A stretch of 53,891 nt of DNA from Candidatus Aminicenantes bacterium (GTDB lineage Bacteria > Acidobacteriota > Aminicenantia > S016-38): the NCBI GenBank assembly GCA_027025175.1, contig JALVRF010000005.1, positions 1-53,891 of the forward strand. The letters run 5' to 3'. Made by a program: the position numbers and the translations under genes. Below, piece after piece: positions 43,020 through 52,686 of this stretch (position 1 is the stretch's first letter; each line of letters begins with the position of its first letter). The notes beneath the pieces were generated by a model, which was not told where the DNA came from, did no database searches, and worked only from the letters and a program-made list of their open reading frames with translations.

Positions 43020-43901
43020 TTAAAGGGCCACTTCCCCGCTCCCGTCTATGTTTTTAAGGGTTTTTCCAGGAACTATCCTCTTTATAAGTCCTGTAAGCAC
43101 CCTTCCAGGGCCTATCTCAACGAATTCCTCCACCCCATCCTCCACCATCTTCAGAACTGACTGGGTCCAGAGCACAGGAGAGGAAATCTGAACCTTCAGG
43201 GCCTCCATGGCCTCAGAGGCGGTTTTAACTGGTCTTGCCCAGGCGTTCACATAAACAGGAAAGGCTGGATTGGAAAATTCCCTTTTCTTCATCTCCTCCC
43301 ACAACCTTTCCTCCACCTCCTTCATGAATTCAGAATGGAAGGGAGCGGAAACCTTCAGATAAACCTTCCTCTTTGCCTTTATTCTCTCCTCCGCCTGTTT
43401 AAGGGCCTCGGTTCTCCCTGAAAGGACTATCTGCCCTGGATTGTTATAGTTAGCCACCTGAACTCCGTCAATTTCCGAAACTACCTTTTCTATTTCCTCC
43501 TGGTCTCCGCCTAAAATTGCCAGCATCCCACCGAAGCCAGGGGGGGCCGCCTCGCTCATAAATTCTCCCCTTTTCCTTACCAGATAAACCCCATCCTCAA
43601 AACTCAGGGTTCCGGCAGCCACGAAGGCGGTCCACTCCCCGAGGCTGTGTCCTGCAGCACAATGGGGTCTCTGCCCCAGCACCCTGTAAATGGCATAACT
43701 CACGGTGAGAAGGGCAGGTTGAGCGTTCTGGGTAAGGGTGAGAAGTTCCTCAGGACCTTCAAAAATTATTCTGGTAAGGTCAAAGCCAAGAACCTCGTTG
43801 GCCCTCTCAAAAATTTCCCGGGCAGCGGGATAGTTCTCGTAAACCTCCTCCCCCATTCCCACCTTCTGGCTTCCCTGTCCGGGGAAAACAAAGCACCTCA
43901 T
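43020..43901 (-). CDS. fabD: Malonyl-CoA:ACP transacylase
   Basis: 293 aa. FVFPGQGSQKVGMG and the GHSLGEW active-site block. Confidence 0.9.
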   Translation of the reverse strand: MRCFVFPGQGSQKVGMGEEVYENYPAAREIFERANEVLGFDLTRIIFEGPEELLTLTQNAQPALLTVSYAIYRVLGQRPHCAAGHSLGEWTAFVAAGTLSFEDGVYLVRKRGEFMSEAAPPGFGGMLAILGGDQEEIEKVVSEIDGVQVANYNNPGQIVLSGRTEALKQAEERIKAKRKVYLKVSAPFHSEFMKEVEERLWEEMKKREFSNPAFPVYVNAWARPVKTASEAMEALKVQISSPVLWTQSVLKMVEDGVEEFVEIGPGRVLTGLIKRIVPGKTLKNIDGSGEVAL

Positions 43902-45265
43902 TTTTCCTCCAGAACCGGATATTCTCCTGTAAAACAGGCATAACAGAAGTCCTCAGGATAATCCAGAACTTCCCTGAGTTCCTCCACGGTCAGGTAGAGG
44001 AGAGAATCTGCCTCTATGAATTCCCTTATTTTATCAATGCTCATTTTATTGGCTATGAGTTCCTCGTAGGTGGGAGTGTCTATCCCATACCTGCAAGGAA
44101 ATCTCACCGGGGGAGATGCAATCCTCACATGAACCTCCTTTGCTCCTGCTCCCCTCACCATCCTGACAATCTTCCTTATGGTGGTTCCCCTTACTATGGA
44201 GTCGTCCACCAAAATTACCCTTTTTCCGGAGAAAAATTTATAAAGGGGATTGAACTTCTGTCTTACCGATTCGTCCCTTATGCTCTGGGTTGGTTTTATG
44301 AAGGTTCTTCCCACATAATGGCTCCTTATAAGTCCAAAGCAAAGGGGAATGCTTCTTTTCCTTGAATAACCCAGGGCCATGAAATTGGAGGAATCGGGTA
44401 CAGGAACCACGGCATCCGCCTCCACATGGTCCTTTTCAGCAAGTTTTTCCCCGAGAAGGATTCTTTTATCGTGGACAAATTGACGGTATTGAAAACTATC
44501 AGGTCTGGCAAAGTAAATTATTTCAAAGGAGCAATGGGCTCTTCTCCCACCTCCCCTTAATTCTTCCTCGTTAAATTTCACCCCCTCAATCCCCTCTTTG
44601 CTTATTATAAGAAGTTCTGCCGGCTCCACCTCCCTCCATTCCCGGGCTCTTATTATGTCCATGGCAACGCTTTCCGAGGCCACCGCATAGCCCTTTTCTG
44701 TCTTCCCGAAAACCATGGGCCGGAATCCCCAGGGGTCCCTGAAAGCATAGATTTTTGTTGGGGTAAGGAAAAGAGCCGAATATGCCCCTTTCACCTCCCC
44801 CATAAGTTCAAGCACCGCCTGGATGGTATCCTTGCCTTCCTTTTCCATTTTGTAAACGAGCATTCTTCCCAGGAGTTCACCGTCGTTGTCGGAGACAAAG
44901 AAAACGCCCCTTTTCTCGTATTCCCTTCTGAGGGTCCGATAATTTACCACATCCCCGTTGCTGGCAAAGGCGTAAAGGGGACCCTGGAGGGTGGTTATAA
45001 GATGGGGCTGGGCATTTTCCACCGTGGGAGTTCCCCGGGTGGGATACCTTACATGGCCAATGGCTGCAAAACCGTCCAGTTCTTTTAACCTCTCCTGATA
45101 GAAGACCTCTTTAACATATCCTAACTCTTTGATAAGTTTCAGCCTTCTGCCGTCGCTCACCGCTATTCCGCAGGCCTCCTGGCCCCTGTGCTGAAGCATA
45201 AAAAGTCCCAGGGCGGTCATCTCCGCCGCTGGTTCTTCACCTATATAACCGAAAATTCCGCACAT
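43898..45265 (-). CDS. purF: Amidophosphoribosyltransferase
   Basis: 455 aa. MCGIFGYIG Ntn start, the PRPP loop VILVDDSIVRGTT, and C-terminal Cys residues. Confidence 0.9.
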   Translation of the reverse strand: MCGIFGYIGEEPAAEMTALGLFMLQHRGQEACGIAVSDGRRLKLIKELGYVKEVFYQERLKELDGFAAIGHVRYPTRGTPTVENAQPHLITTLQGPLYAFASNGDVVNYRTLRREYEKRGVFFVSDNDGELLGRMLVYKMEKEGKDTIQAVLELMGEVKGAYSALFLTPTKIYAFRDPWGFRPMVFGKTEKGYAVASESVAMDIIRAREWREVEPAELLIISKEGIEGVKFNEEELRGGGRRAHCSFEIIYFARPDSFQYRQFVHDKRILLGEKLAEKDHVEADAVVPVPDSSNFMALGYSRKRSIPLCFGLIRSHYVGRTFIKPTQSIRDESVRQKFNPLYKFFSGKRVILVDDSIVRGTTIRKIVRMVRGAGAKEVHVRIASPPVRFPCRYGIDTPTYEELIANKMSIDKIREFIEADSLLYLTVEELREVLDYPEDFCYACFTGEYPVLEEK

Positions 45266-45676
45266 TCAGAGCCCTTTCTCCATTATTATCAGGTTCCCGT
45301 TCTTGAATTCATATCTTACAACATCCATAACCTGTTTTACAATGCAGAGTCCCCTGCCCCTTTCTCTCATGATGTCCTGCTCTCCTCTTTTCAGAATACC
45401 CTCAAAATCAAATGCCTCTCCCTGGTCCTTAACTTCAAATCTGATTTTCTTCCCGTAAAATATCTTGATTTTAACCTCCTTTTCAGGATCCTTCCTGTTA
45501 CCATGGACTATACCGTTGCTCACAACCTCCCTCAGGGCAAGAAAAACCTTCCAGTGCTTTTCCACATCCATGCCCAGACCAGCCAGCATCTCCTCCAGGG
45601 TTTCCAGAACTATGTTCATAATTTTAATGGAGGAGGAAAAGGAAATCTCTATTATTTTTCCTTCACCCATGACCAC
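45266..45676 (-). CDS. RsbW/SpoIIAB-type anti-sigma serine kinase-like (HATPase_c_2) protein
   Basis: 136 aa. LREVVSNGIVHGN (N box), VKDQGEAFDF (G1-like), RGRGLCIV (G2-like). Its stop abuts the purF ATG with no gap. Confidence 0.6.
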   Translation of the reverse strand: MVMGEGKIIEISFSSSIKIMNIVLETLEEMLAGLGMDVEKHWKVFLALREVVSNGIVHGNRKDPEKEVKIKIFYGKKIRFEVKDQGEAFDFEGILKRGEQDIMRERGRGLCIVKQVMDVVRYEFKNGNLIIMEKGL

Positions 45677-46869
45677 AACTGACTCAAAGTGGGTTTTGCC
45701 CCGGTATGAAGCATTCCCACCCGGAATATTTTAGCAGATACCCAAACGGAGGCCAGGGAGGTTAAAAATACAAGGATCAGGGAAACGCCAATTTCCAGAA
45801 CCGAAGGGGAAGAAAGAATGGCCCTCATCATCATGAAAAAGGGAGCAGTATAGGGAAAATAGGCCAGAACAATTTTTATCCAGTTGTCAGGAGTCATAAA
45901 GAGCACAAAACTCAGAGCAAAGGGAAGGGTGATTATCATCATAATGGGCCCCAGCAGGTGCTGGGCGTCCTCTTCGGTCTCAACAATGGAACCCACGGTA
46001 AGGAAAATCGTTGAATAAAGGAAAAATCCCGCAAAGAAAAACAGAAGGAATATTATAAACTTTGGGAAAAACCCTGAAAGGTGAAACTGGGGAAAATAGG
46101 AAATGGCATAAAGATAACCCCCTACCCCCAGCATTAGCCAGAAAAGAAGTTGAAGTATACCTGCCAGACCTACTCCAAGGAGTTTTCCAGCAAAAATCTG
46201 AGTGGGCGAGGCAGAGGAATATAGTATTTCAACTACCCGAAACCTTTTGTCCTCAAGAACTCTGCGAAGAAGTATCTGACCGTATCCAATTAGACCCATG
46301 AAGAGCAGGATGGAAAAAATCATATACAGGGTAAAGGAGGATTCCATGGTTTCCTTTTTTACCTTTCCCTTCTCCACCTTCAGGGTTTCCACCTCAACCC
46401 CGGCCAGAATTTCCTTCAAAACCTCTTCCTTGAGTCCCAGTTTTCTGAGTTTATCCCTCTGAATCACCCTGTTTATTCTCGTTTTTATGGTGGAGACCAT
46501 GGTAACATCCCCCACATTTCTCATGTAAAGGGTAACCTTCCTGGAGGTGAAAACATCGGCAGGAACCACTAAAAGGGCATCAAGTTTTTTCTTGGCCATA
46601 AGGGAAAAACCCTCCTGCCTGGAACTTATACTTATTATCCTTAGAGGAATTTCCATTTTCTCCCCGGTGGGAGTTTTCATAAACTCAATAATCCTTCCTG
46701 TGGGATCAATAATACCCAGGTTCCTCTGGCGATTGGAAAGTTTTCCCATAATGACTGGAAAGGCCGCATATATGAGGACGAAGACCGGGGTAAGAACCGT
46801 GGAAATTATGAACCATTTTTTCTTAACTACCCTCTTCAGTTCAAACTTTGTTATTATCCAGGTTTTCAC
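45652..46869 (-). CDS. ABC-2 type transporter permease (NatB-like)
   Basis: 405 aa. One N-terminal TM, a large extracytoplasmic loop, then 5 TM segments. Follows an ABC ATPase gene. Confidence 0.75.
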   Translation of the reverse strand: MKTWIITKFELKRVVKKKWFIISTVLTPVFVLIYAAFPVIMGKLSNRQRNLGIIDPTGRIIEFMKTPTGEKMEIPLRIISISSRQEGFSLMAKKKLDALLVVPADVFTSRKVTLYMRNVGDVTMVSTIKTRINRVIQRDKLRKLGLKEEVLKEILAGVEVETLKVEKGKVKKETMESSFTLYMIFSILLFMGLIGYGQILLRRVLEDKRFRVVEILYSSASPTQIFAGKLLGVGLAGILQLLFWLMLGVGGYLYAISYFPQFHLSGFFPKFIIFLLFFFAGFFLYSTIFLTVGSIVETEEDAQHLLGPIMMIITLPFALSFVLFMTPDNWIKIVLAYFPYTAPFFMMMRAILSSPSVLEIGVSLILVFLTSLASVWVSAKIFRVGMLHTGAKPTLSQLWSWVKEK

Positions 46870-47752
46870 CTTCTCCTCCTACCAGGCTTATGTAAATCTG
46901 ATTCAGGGACGGCTCAGTCCTCTCCACCCTGTGAACCTTTACCCTGTCAATAATGAGGCGGAGGACATCGTTTACTTCAAGGTCTGTTTCCACCTCAGCG
47001 AACCTCTCGTAGAGCCTGAGGGAAGCGTGGGGAATCTTTTTTATTACCTCTCCGTCCCCCTCAAACTCTATTTTTATGGTCCTTTTCCCGTATTTAGTCT
47101 TTATCTCCGACAGTTTTCCGTCCACCACCTTCTTCCCCCTGGAAATAAGGGCCACATAATCGCACATTTTTTCCGCCTGCTCAAGGATGTGGGTGGAAAA
47201 GAGAACTGTCTTCCCTTTAGCCCTTTCCTCCATTATTCTTTCCCTTAAAACCTCAGAATTTATAGGGTCAAGGCCGGAGAAGGGCTCGTCAAGAATGAGA
47301 ATATCCGGGTCGTGGAGGAGAACCGAAATAAACTGGAGTTTCTGCTGCATACCCTTGGAAAGTTCCTCTATTCTGGAGGAGACCCTGGAGGAAAGGCCGA
47401 ATTCCTCAAGATATTTAAGGGCCCTGGATTTTGCCTCAATGCTGGAAAGACCCTTAAGTTCTCCCAAATAAACGAGAACGTCCAGAACCTTTTCCTTGGG
47501 ATATAGCCCCCTTTCTTCAGGAAGATATCCAACCCTGGAAAGAACACTTACATCCACAGGCTTTCCCAGGATGCTCACCTCCCCTTCGTCGGGTCTCAAA
47601 ATACCCAGGATGATTCTCAAAGTGGTGGTTTTTCCCGCCCCGTTGGGTCCCAGTATTCCGTAAACCACTCCCCGGGGTATATTTAAGGAGAGAGAATCCA
47701 CTGCCTTCACTTCTCCGAAACTCTTGCTAATCCCTTTAACCTGAATAACCAT
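46841..47752 (-). CDS. ABC transporter ATP-binding protein (NatA/CcmA-like)
   Basis: 303 aa. Walker A GPNGAGKTT, signature LSKGMQQKL, Walker B ILILDEP. Confidence 0.9.
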   Translation of the reverse strand: MVIQVKGISKSFGEVKAVDSLSLNIPRGVVYGILGPNGAGKTTTLRIILGILRPDEGEVSILGKPVDVSVLSRVGYLPEERGLYPKEKVLDVLVYLGELKGLSSIEAKSRALKYLEEFGLSSRVSSRIEELSKGMQQKLQFISVLLHDPDILILDEPFSGLDPINSEVLRERIMEERAKGKTVLFSTHILEQAEKMCDYVALISRGKKVVDGKLSEIKTKYGKRTIKIEFEGDGEVIKKIPHASLRLYERFAEVETDLEVNDVLRLIIDRVKVHRVERTEPSLNQIYISLVGGEGENLDNNKV

Positions 47753-47758
47753 GGCTCT

Positions 47759-47767
47759 ATTTTACCA
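47759..47767 (-). promoter_or_regulatory. Extended -10 element TGGTAAAAT, 6 nt upstream of the ABC ATPase ATG (leaderless-type)
   Basis: The minus strand reads TGGTAAAATAGAGCC-ATG, with no SD. Confidence 0.4.
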
Positions 47768-47862
47768 TCTTTTATCCAGCGTCCTTAAATTACGCCTGTA
47801 ACGGGGCCAGGATAAAAATACCTTAACCCAGAAAAGCAATTTTTTATCCCAGGGGAAATCGG

Positions 47863-47868
47863 TATAAA
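47863..47868 (+). promoter_or_regulatory. -10-like TATAAA, 8 nt upstream of the pyk ATG
   Basis: GGTATAAACTTGTTTT-ATG. No SD lies within 15 nt. Confidence 0.3.
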
Positions 47869-47876
47869 CTTGTTTT

Positions 47877-49268
47877 ATGAGAACCAAGATAGTGGCAACG
47901 GTGGGCCCTTCCCTTGGCACCGCCGCGGTCCTGGAAGAGGCCATAAAAAGAGGGGCACGGGTATTCAGGCTAAATTTTTCCCATGGAGATTATCCTTCCC
48001 ACAGGAAGATTGCAGAGGCCATAAGGCAGGCAGAGGAAAGCACAGGCATCCCTGTGGCCATTCTTCAGGACCTTTCGGGCCCCAAAATCCGGGTAGGAAA
48101 ACTTCCCTCTCCCATTCCTTTAAAAAAGGGAGAAATTGTCCGCGTTAGAAGGGAAGGGGAGGCTATGGCGGGGGAGATTCCGGTCAATTACCCTTATATA
48201 GTTGAGGACCTTTCTCCCGGGGAAAGGATTTTTATTGAAGACGGCAAAATAGCCCTTAAGGTGATTAAAAGGGGCATGGATTTCGTGGAGGCCGAGGTAA
48301 TTTCTCCAGGGATAGTGAGGGCCGAAAAGGGAGTGAACCTTCCGGACTCCGCCCTTAGAATTCCTCCCTTTACTGAAAAGGACCAAAGGGACCTTGAATT
48401 CGGACTTTCTCTGGGTATAGACCTCATTGCCCTTTCCTTTACCAGGTCCGGGGAGGATGTGAAACCGGTAAGGGAAATGGCAGGGGAAATTCCCATAATT
48501 GCCAAGGTGGAAAGGAGGGAAGCAGTGAAGAATCTCCCCTCCATAGTGGAGGCCTTTGATGGTATAATGGTAGCCAGGGGGGATTTAGGGGTAGAGGTCC
48601 CACTGGAGAAGGTTCCCATCCTTCAAAAAAGGATGATTTCCATGACCAATTCCTCAAGGAAAATGGTAATAACCGCCACCCAGATGCTCAGCACCATGAT
48701 AGAAAACCCCTTCCCTACCAGGGCAGAGGTAAGCGATGTGGCCAATGCTGTTTTTGACGGTTCCGATGCCCTCATGCTCTCCGGGGAAACCGCTATAGGT
48801 TCTTATCCCCTGGAGGCCATATCTGCCATGGCCAGGACGATAGAGGAGGTTGAGAGTAGCCCGGAATTCTGGTCCATGAGAAACTTACTGGACAGGAAGC
48901 CCTCTGACCCCACAGAGGCCTTAGCGGAAAGTGCGGTTATTACTGCAGAGAAAATAGGGGCTGCAGCCATAATAGTTTTTACAACTTCAGGTGCCACAGC
49001 CATAAAGGTTTCCAAGTTCAGGCCCAGGACCAAAATATTCGCTATAACCCCTGAGCAGACTGTGAGAAGGCAGCTTGCCCTGGTCTGGGGCGTTGATTCC
49101 TTCCTTCTTCCCTTCATGAAAAACACCGACCTTATGATGGAAAAGGGGGTGGAACTTCTTCGCTCCTCCGGGAATTTAAGCCCTGGTAGCACCGTGGTGG
49201 TAACCGCAGGCAAAACCCCCATGAAGGGTGCCACCGACATGGTTAAAGTTTTAAAGGTGGGAGGTTAA
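47877..49268 (+). CDS. pyk: Pyruvate kinase
   Basis: 463 aa. MRTKIVATVGPS, RLNFSHG, MVARGDLGVE and LSGETA blocks. Confidence 0.9.
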   Translation: MRTKIVATVGPSLGTAAVLEEAIKRGARVFRLNFSHGDYPSHRKIAEAIRQAEESTGIPVAILQDLSGPKIRVGKLPSPIPLKKGEIVRVRREGEAMAGEIPVNYPYIVEDLSPGERIFIEDGKIALKVIKRGMDFVEAEVISPGIVRAEKGVNLPDSALRIPPFTEKDQRDLEFGLSLGIDLIALSFTRSGEDVKPVREMAGEIPIIAKVERREAVKNLPSIVEAFDGIMVARGDLGVEVPLEKVPILQKRMISMTNSSRKMVITATQMLSTMIENPFPTRAEVSDVANAVFDGSDALMLSGETAIGSYPLEAISAMARTIEEVESSPEFWSMRNLLDRKPSDPTEALAESAVITAEKIGAAAIIVFTTSGATAIKVSKFRPRTKIFAITPEQTVRRQLALVWGVDSFLLPFMKNTDLMMEKGVELLRSSGNLSPGSTVVVTAGKTPMKGATDMVKVLKVGG

Positions 49269-49269
49269 A

Positions 49270-50244
49270 ATGGGACTTTTTGACCAGGAGGAAAAACCCT
49301 CGGTCAGCCAGATAAAAAGGGAAAAACAGGGAAAAACCTTCAAGGGCGTCTTCCTTATAAAGGACATTTCCTTGAGACAGGGTCAGGGTGGCCCATACCT
49401 TTCCTTTGTAATAATGGACAAAACCGGGGCTATTTCCGCCTCCTTCTTCGGCGGGAAAATCGCAGATAGGGCAATCAACAGAGAAGATATAACCGGGGAA
49501 CTCCTGCAGGAAGGGGTTTACGAGATTTCCCTCAGGAAGCAGAAGGAAAGAAACAATGTGGTGGTGGATTCCCTCAGGAAGATGGAGGAGAATCCGAATG
49601 ATTACTACATAGTTCCCAGGGCCGTTTACCCGGAGTCAGAGGACCTTCGCACGAGCCTGGATCGAATGGGGGAAAAACACATAAAAACCCAGGAGGGAAG
49701 AAAACTCTACCATCTTTTCTGGGATAGGTATGGGGATAGGTTTTTAAGAGCCAGAGGAAGCGTAAGGAAGCATCATCAGGAGGAGGGAGGACTTGCCCTT
49801 CATACCTACATGGTGCTTAAAATAGCCCTTTTTCTGGGAGACCTCTATTCTTTAGACAAGGAGGTCATTTTCCTGGCAGGGCTTCTCCACGATATCGGAA
49901 AAATAGATGAAATAGGCGATGAAGGGTTCACCAGGGAGGGGGACCTTCTGGGACATACGGTTCTTTCCCTTCTTGAGGTCAGGCGTCTCTGTGAAGAGGC
50001 AGGATACACGGGAAAAAGGGAGGCAAATCTCCTCCACTGCATCGCCTCCCACCACGGTCAACTGGAGTTTGGAGCTCCGGTTTCCCCTAAAACCCTTGAG
50101 GCCTTCGTCCTCCACATAGCCGACCTGGCGGATTCAAAGATATACCAATTCTTTAAGGCCATCTCCGAAATAGGGGAAGGGGAGGAAAACTCCAGGTATT
50201 TTAAGGACCTTGACCGCAGAATCTACCTCCTTGACGGAGAATAA
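49270..50244 (+). CDS. OB-fold + HD-domain phosphohydrolase (YhaM-like 3'-5' exoribonuclease family)
   Basis: 324 aa. OB-like N-terminus (FLIKDISLRQGQGGPYLSFVIMD), then HT..V...A......LLHDIGK...HHG HD motifs. Confidence 0.6.
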   Translation: MGLFDQEEKPSVSQIKREKQGKTFKGVFLIKDISLRQGQGGPYLSFVIMDKTGAISASFFGGKIADRAINREDITGELLQEGVYEISLRKQKERNNVVVDSLRKMEENPNDYYIVPRAVYPESEDLRTSLDRMGEKHIKTQEGRKLYHLFWDRYGDRFLRARGSVRKHHQEEGGLALHTYMVLKIALFLGDLYSLDKEVIFLAGLLHDIGKIDEIGDEGFTREGDLLGHTVLSLLEVRRLCEEAGYTGKREANLLHCIASHHGQLEFGAPVSPKTLEAFVLHIADLADSKIYQFFKAISEIGEGEENSRYFKDLDRRIYLLDGE

Positions 50245-50245
50245 C

Positions 50246-50263
50246 TGTCCTCAAAAAAGGACA
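50246..50263. other. Short inverted repeat TGTCCT-caaaaa-AGGACA (weak terminator or regulator site)
   Basis: Read directly. It starts 1 nt after the HD-gene stop codon, about 40-55 nt upstream of the sigma-54 -24 element. There is no U-tract. Confidence 0.3.
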
Positions 50264-50301
50264 TAAAAAGAAAATCCCTTCCTTAGAAAAGCGAAAACAT
50301 C

Positions 50302-50316
50302 TGGCATTTTTCTTGC
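50302..50316 (+). promoter_or_regulatory. Sigma-54 promoter (TGGCAT-N5-TTGC)
   Basis: TGGCATTTTTCTTGC in canonical register. The predicted +1 is about 26 nt before the ATG at 50354, with GGGAGGTG in the leader. Confidence 0.65.
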
Positions 50317-50353
50317 TTAAATAAAACCCTAAAAAACCACGGGAGGTGAAAAG

Positions 50354-51802
50354 ATGAAGAAACTTCTTGGTTTCCTGATTGTTTCAGGGTTGATTTTCGC
50401 CTCGAGGCCCGTTCTAAGACAGATTTTCGTTGAGGAAACTTACATTAAACTCCCTTCTAAATTCTACTTCACCCCGGTTGTGAGGGGAAAGGACGCCGTG
50501 GCCTTCGCCTATGTAAGCAAGGTGGAGCCCACCGAGGAGGAACTCAAGGCAGAGAGGGAAAAACTCAGGAAAATCCTTGATGAAGGAATCAGAAGACAAT
50601 ACGGAAGTTACGAAAACTACGAGAAGGAAATGGAAAAGGTTGGTGAGAAAACCCAGGAGGAGTTCAACAAAAAGGCACCGCCCCTTTTAAGGGACCTCAT
50701 GCCCCCCTCCCTTTTCTCCAGGTCAGTTCCCTTCCTCATGAAGGCAATACTGTTTTTTGCCAGGAACCTTCCCTTCGTCTCATCACCCACTGGAAACTTA
50801 GGGGAAACCGGGGTGGTAATTTTAAGGAGGGACCTTAAACCTGTGGTTATAAAACTGGGAATAAACGAGCCCGTGGAGTGCATGGACTTCTCTAAGGACG
50901 GAAAATATCTTGCGGTTCTTACGGACCTTAGTTACGAGGGCAAGAAGAAATTCCATGTGGTGGGGAAAATATCAGTGATTGACCTTGAGAAGAACTCCGT
51001 GGTCTTTCAGACCATCCTGGCCAATGTCCAGGACCAGTTGGGCTTTACCCCGGACGGGAAATACCTCACCTTCTTAGCCTATCGCCTGGGCCACAGGGAG
51101 AAGAATTTATATTTTATGCAGACCGGAACCTGGAAAATAAAACCTGAGCCCTTTACCTTTGATGGGTCTATTTCCCACGGAAATATCATGGGTCGCACCA
51201 GACATAATCCTATATATAAATTTTCCCCGGACGGAAAATACCTGATTTACCGGGACCCCAAACTTCGGGTACTTTCCTATCCGGAATTAAAGGAGGTATT
51301 TGTGGGTCCGGGCTTTGCCGGCGAATTCTTCATCTCCCCGGACAGCAAATATGTCCTTGACCCCTATGAAAGGCTCTTGGAAATACCCAGCGGGAAACTC
51401 ATATGGAAAGGGAAATACAGAACAGGACTTGAGATTTTATCCGCCCAGTTTTCAGGCAACAGGCTCTACATTGGGAATTTGTTGGAAACCAGGATTGTGG
51501 ACATTAAAAAGGGAAAGGTAACAGCCACCGGCGATTATTATTCAAGACTTCCCTTCCTTCACCTTTCCCAGGACGGAAAATACTTGGCCTCCTTAGCACG
51601 ACCCTTCCATGGTCCCTCCCTTATAAGATACGGAAGGAGAATGAAGGTTCAAAACCTTGAGGTTCACATAGCGGACGCACAAAATTTACGCCTGGTTCAG
51701 ATTCTCAGCAATTTTCACCCTGCAGCCCTTGACCTCGTGTTCTTCGGGAATAAACTCCTGGTAAGCGATTACGAAGGAATATGGGTGTTCAGGGAAAAAT
51801 GA
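50354..51802 (+). CDS. Secreted WD40-like/PD40-type beta-propeller repeat protein
   Basis: 482 aa. Signal peptide, K/E-rich helical segment, then repeated S/T-x-DGKYL blades (SKDGKYLA, TPDGKYLT, SPDGKYLI, SPDSKYVL, SQDGKYLA). Confidence 0.7.
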   Translation: MKKLLGFLIVSGLIFASRPVLRQIFVEETYIKLPSKFYFTPVVRGKDAVAFAYVSKVEPTEEELKAEREKLRKILDEGIRRQYGSYENYEKEMEKVGEKTQEEFNKKAPPLLRDLMPPSLFSRSVPFLMKAILFFARNLPFVSSPTGNLGETGVVILRRDLKPVVIKLGINEPVECMDFSKDGKYLAVLTDLSYEGKKKFHVVGKISVIDLEKNSVVFQTILANVQDQLGFTPDGKYLTFLAYRLGHREKNLYFMQTGTWKIKPEPFTFDGSISHGNIMGRTRHNPIYKFSPDGKYLIYRDPKLRVLSYPELKEVFVGPGFAGEFFISPDSKYVLDPYERLLEIPSGKLIWKGKYRTGLEILSAQFSGNRLYIGNLLETRIVDIKKGKVTATGDYYSRLPFLHLSQDGKYLASLARPFHGPSLIRYGRRMKVQNLEVHIADAQNLRLVQILSNFHPAALDLVFFGNKLLVSDYEGIWVFREK

Positions 51803-52677
51803 GGAAAATAGCCCTGTTTTTTATAATTGGCGTTCTGTTATCCTGCCCCCCAATTTTCAAGTATACCTCCGTCCTTTTCAACAGGCCGGGAATTGAGGTA
51901 AAAACTCCTCCTGCCATGTGGGAAAAGGCCATGGCAAAAAAACTCGGCCTGGACAGCGTATACATTCTCCGTTCCCAGGGGGTCTTTTACCTTAGAATTT
52001 CCGGGACTCCAGGGAAAAAACCGGTCCGGATATCCACCTCCGTTGACCTTTCCCCATGGTTTAAAAACAGGGATTGTGCCCGGACATGGGACGAATTTCA
52101 CCGCTGCATGAACCAGAGGAAAAACCCCCAGGACGAGAAACTCTATCGGAAAATTGACCGGGAATTCTACTCAAAACTAATCTGCCAGGAAAAATGTCCT
52201 GATCCAACCTTTGCCTTATGGGAGGCTCACTGGTATTCGCCCACCTACATAACCATATCCGCTGAGATAGGAGAGGGGGGTTTTAAGACGGTAGAGGAAG
52301 CCAGGGAAAGCCTCCACAGGATTAATTACCTTCTCAAAAAGGTAGTTTACGGACCCCGCTTTCCCGAGGGTTACGGGGAGGGCACCTCCCCTGAGGAGAT
52401 TTTTACCATTGAAACCAGAATGGTCCTTAACGAAAAACTCATAAAAAAGGCGGTAAAGGAGATCCTCCTGGCCATGAAAAGGGATGGGTATCTTTCCGGG
52501 TTGAGCCGGGAGGAGATAGAGAAGATATCCTCCCTCTCCGCCCCTGGAAACAAGGTAATTTACCTTCCAGAGGGATGCCCTGCTCCTTATGACTTGAAAC
52601 CGGGATGGATTAGCCTCTACAATTCAGTCAGGGTGAAATTCGGAGAAAAATGTCCCAGGATAACGGTTCTAAAATAG
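51799..52677 (+). CDS. Hypothetical lipoprotein
   Basis: The track ORF starts at 51781. The ATG at 51799 forms an ATGA overlap with the upstream stop and gives MRKIALFFIIGVLLSC (lipobox-like). No family recognised. Confidence 0.6.
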   Translation: MRKIALFFIIGVLLSCPPIFKYTSVLFNRPGIEVKTPPAMWEKAMAKKLGLDSVYILRSQGVFYLRISGTPGKKPVRISTSVDLSPWFKNRDCARTWDEFHRCMNQRKNPQDEKLYRKIDREFYSKLICQEKCPDPTFALWEAHWYSPTYITISAEIGEGGFKTVEEARESLHRINYLLKKVVYGPRFPEGYGEGTSPEEIFTIETRMVLNEKLIKKAVKEILLAMKRDGYLSGLSREEIEKISSLSAPGNKVIYLPEGCPAPYDLKPGWISLYNSVRVKFGEKCPRITVLK

Positions 52678-52686
52678 GAGGGATAT

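Noticed and set aside
46547-47248. 233-aa plus-strand ORF spanning the ABC permease/ATPase junction
   Set aside because: It is antisense to two genes with unmistakable ABC motifs. It has low-complexity composition, no SD and no family resemblance. This is a typical shadow ORF.
47836-47851. Possible minus-strand sigma-54-like element TGGGATAAAAAATTGC upstream of the ABC operon
   Set aside because: GG-to-GC spacing only fits if the second and third G are used, and the -24 region (GGGAT) departs from TGGCA. The extended -10 directly at the ATG explains expression better.
50208-50235. Direct repeat CCTTGAC ... CCTTGAC, 21 bp apart, upstream of the third sigma-54 promoter
   Set aside because: These are only 7-mers lying inside the 3' coding region of the HD-domain gene. 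Chance occurrence is plausible, and I cannot evaluate significance without a genome-wide count.
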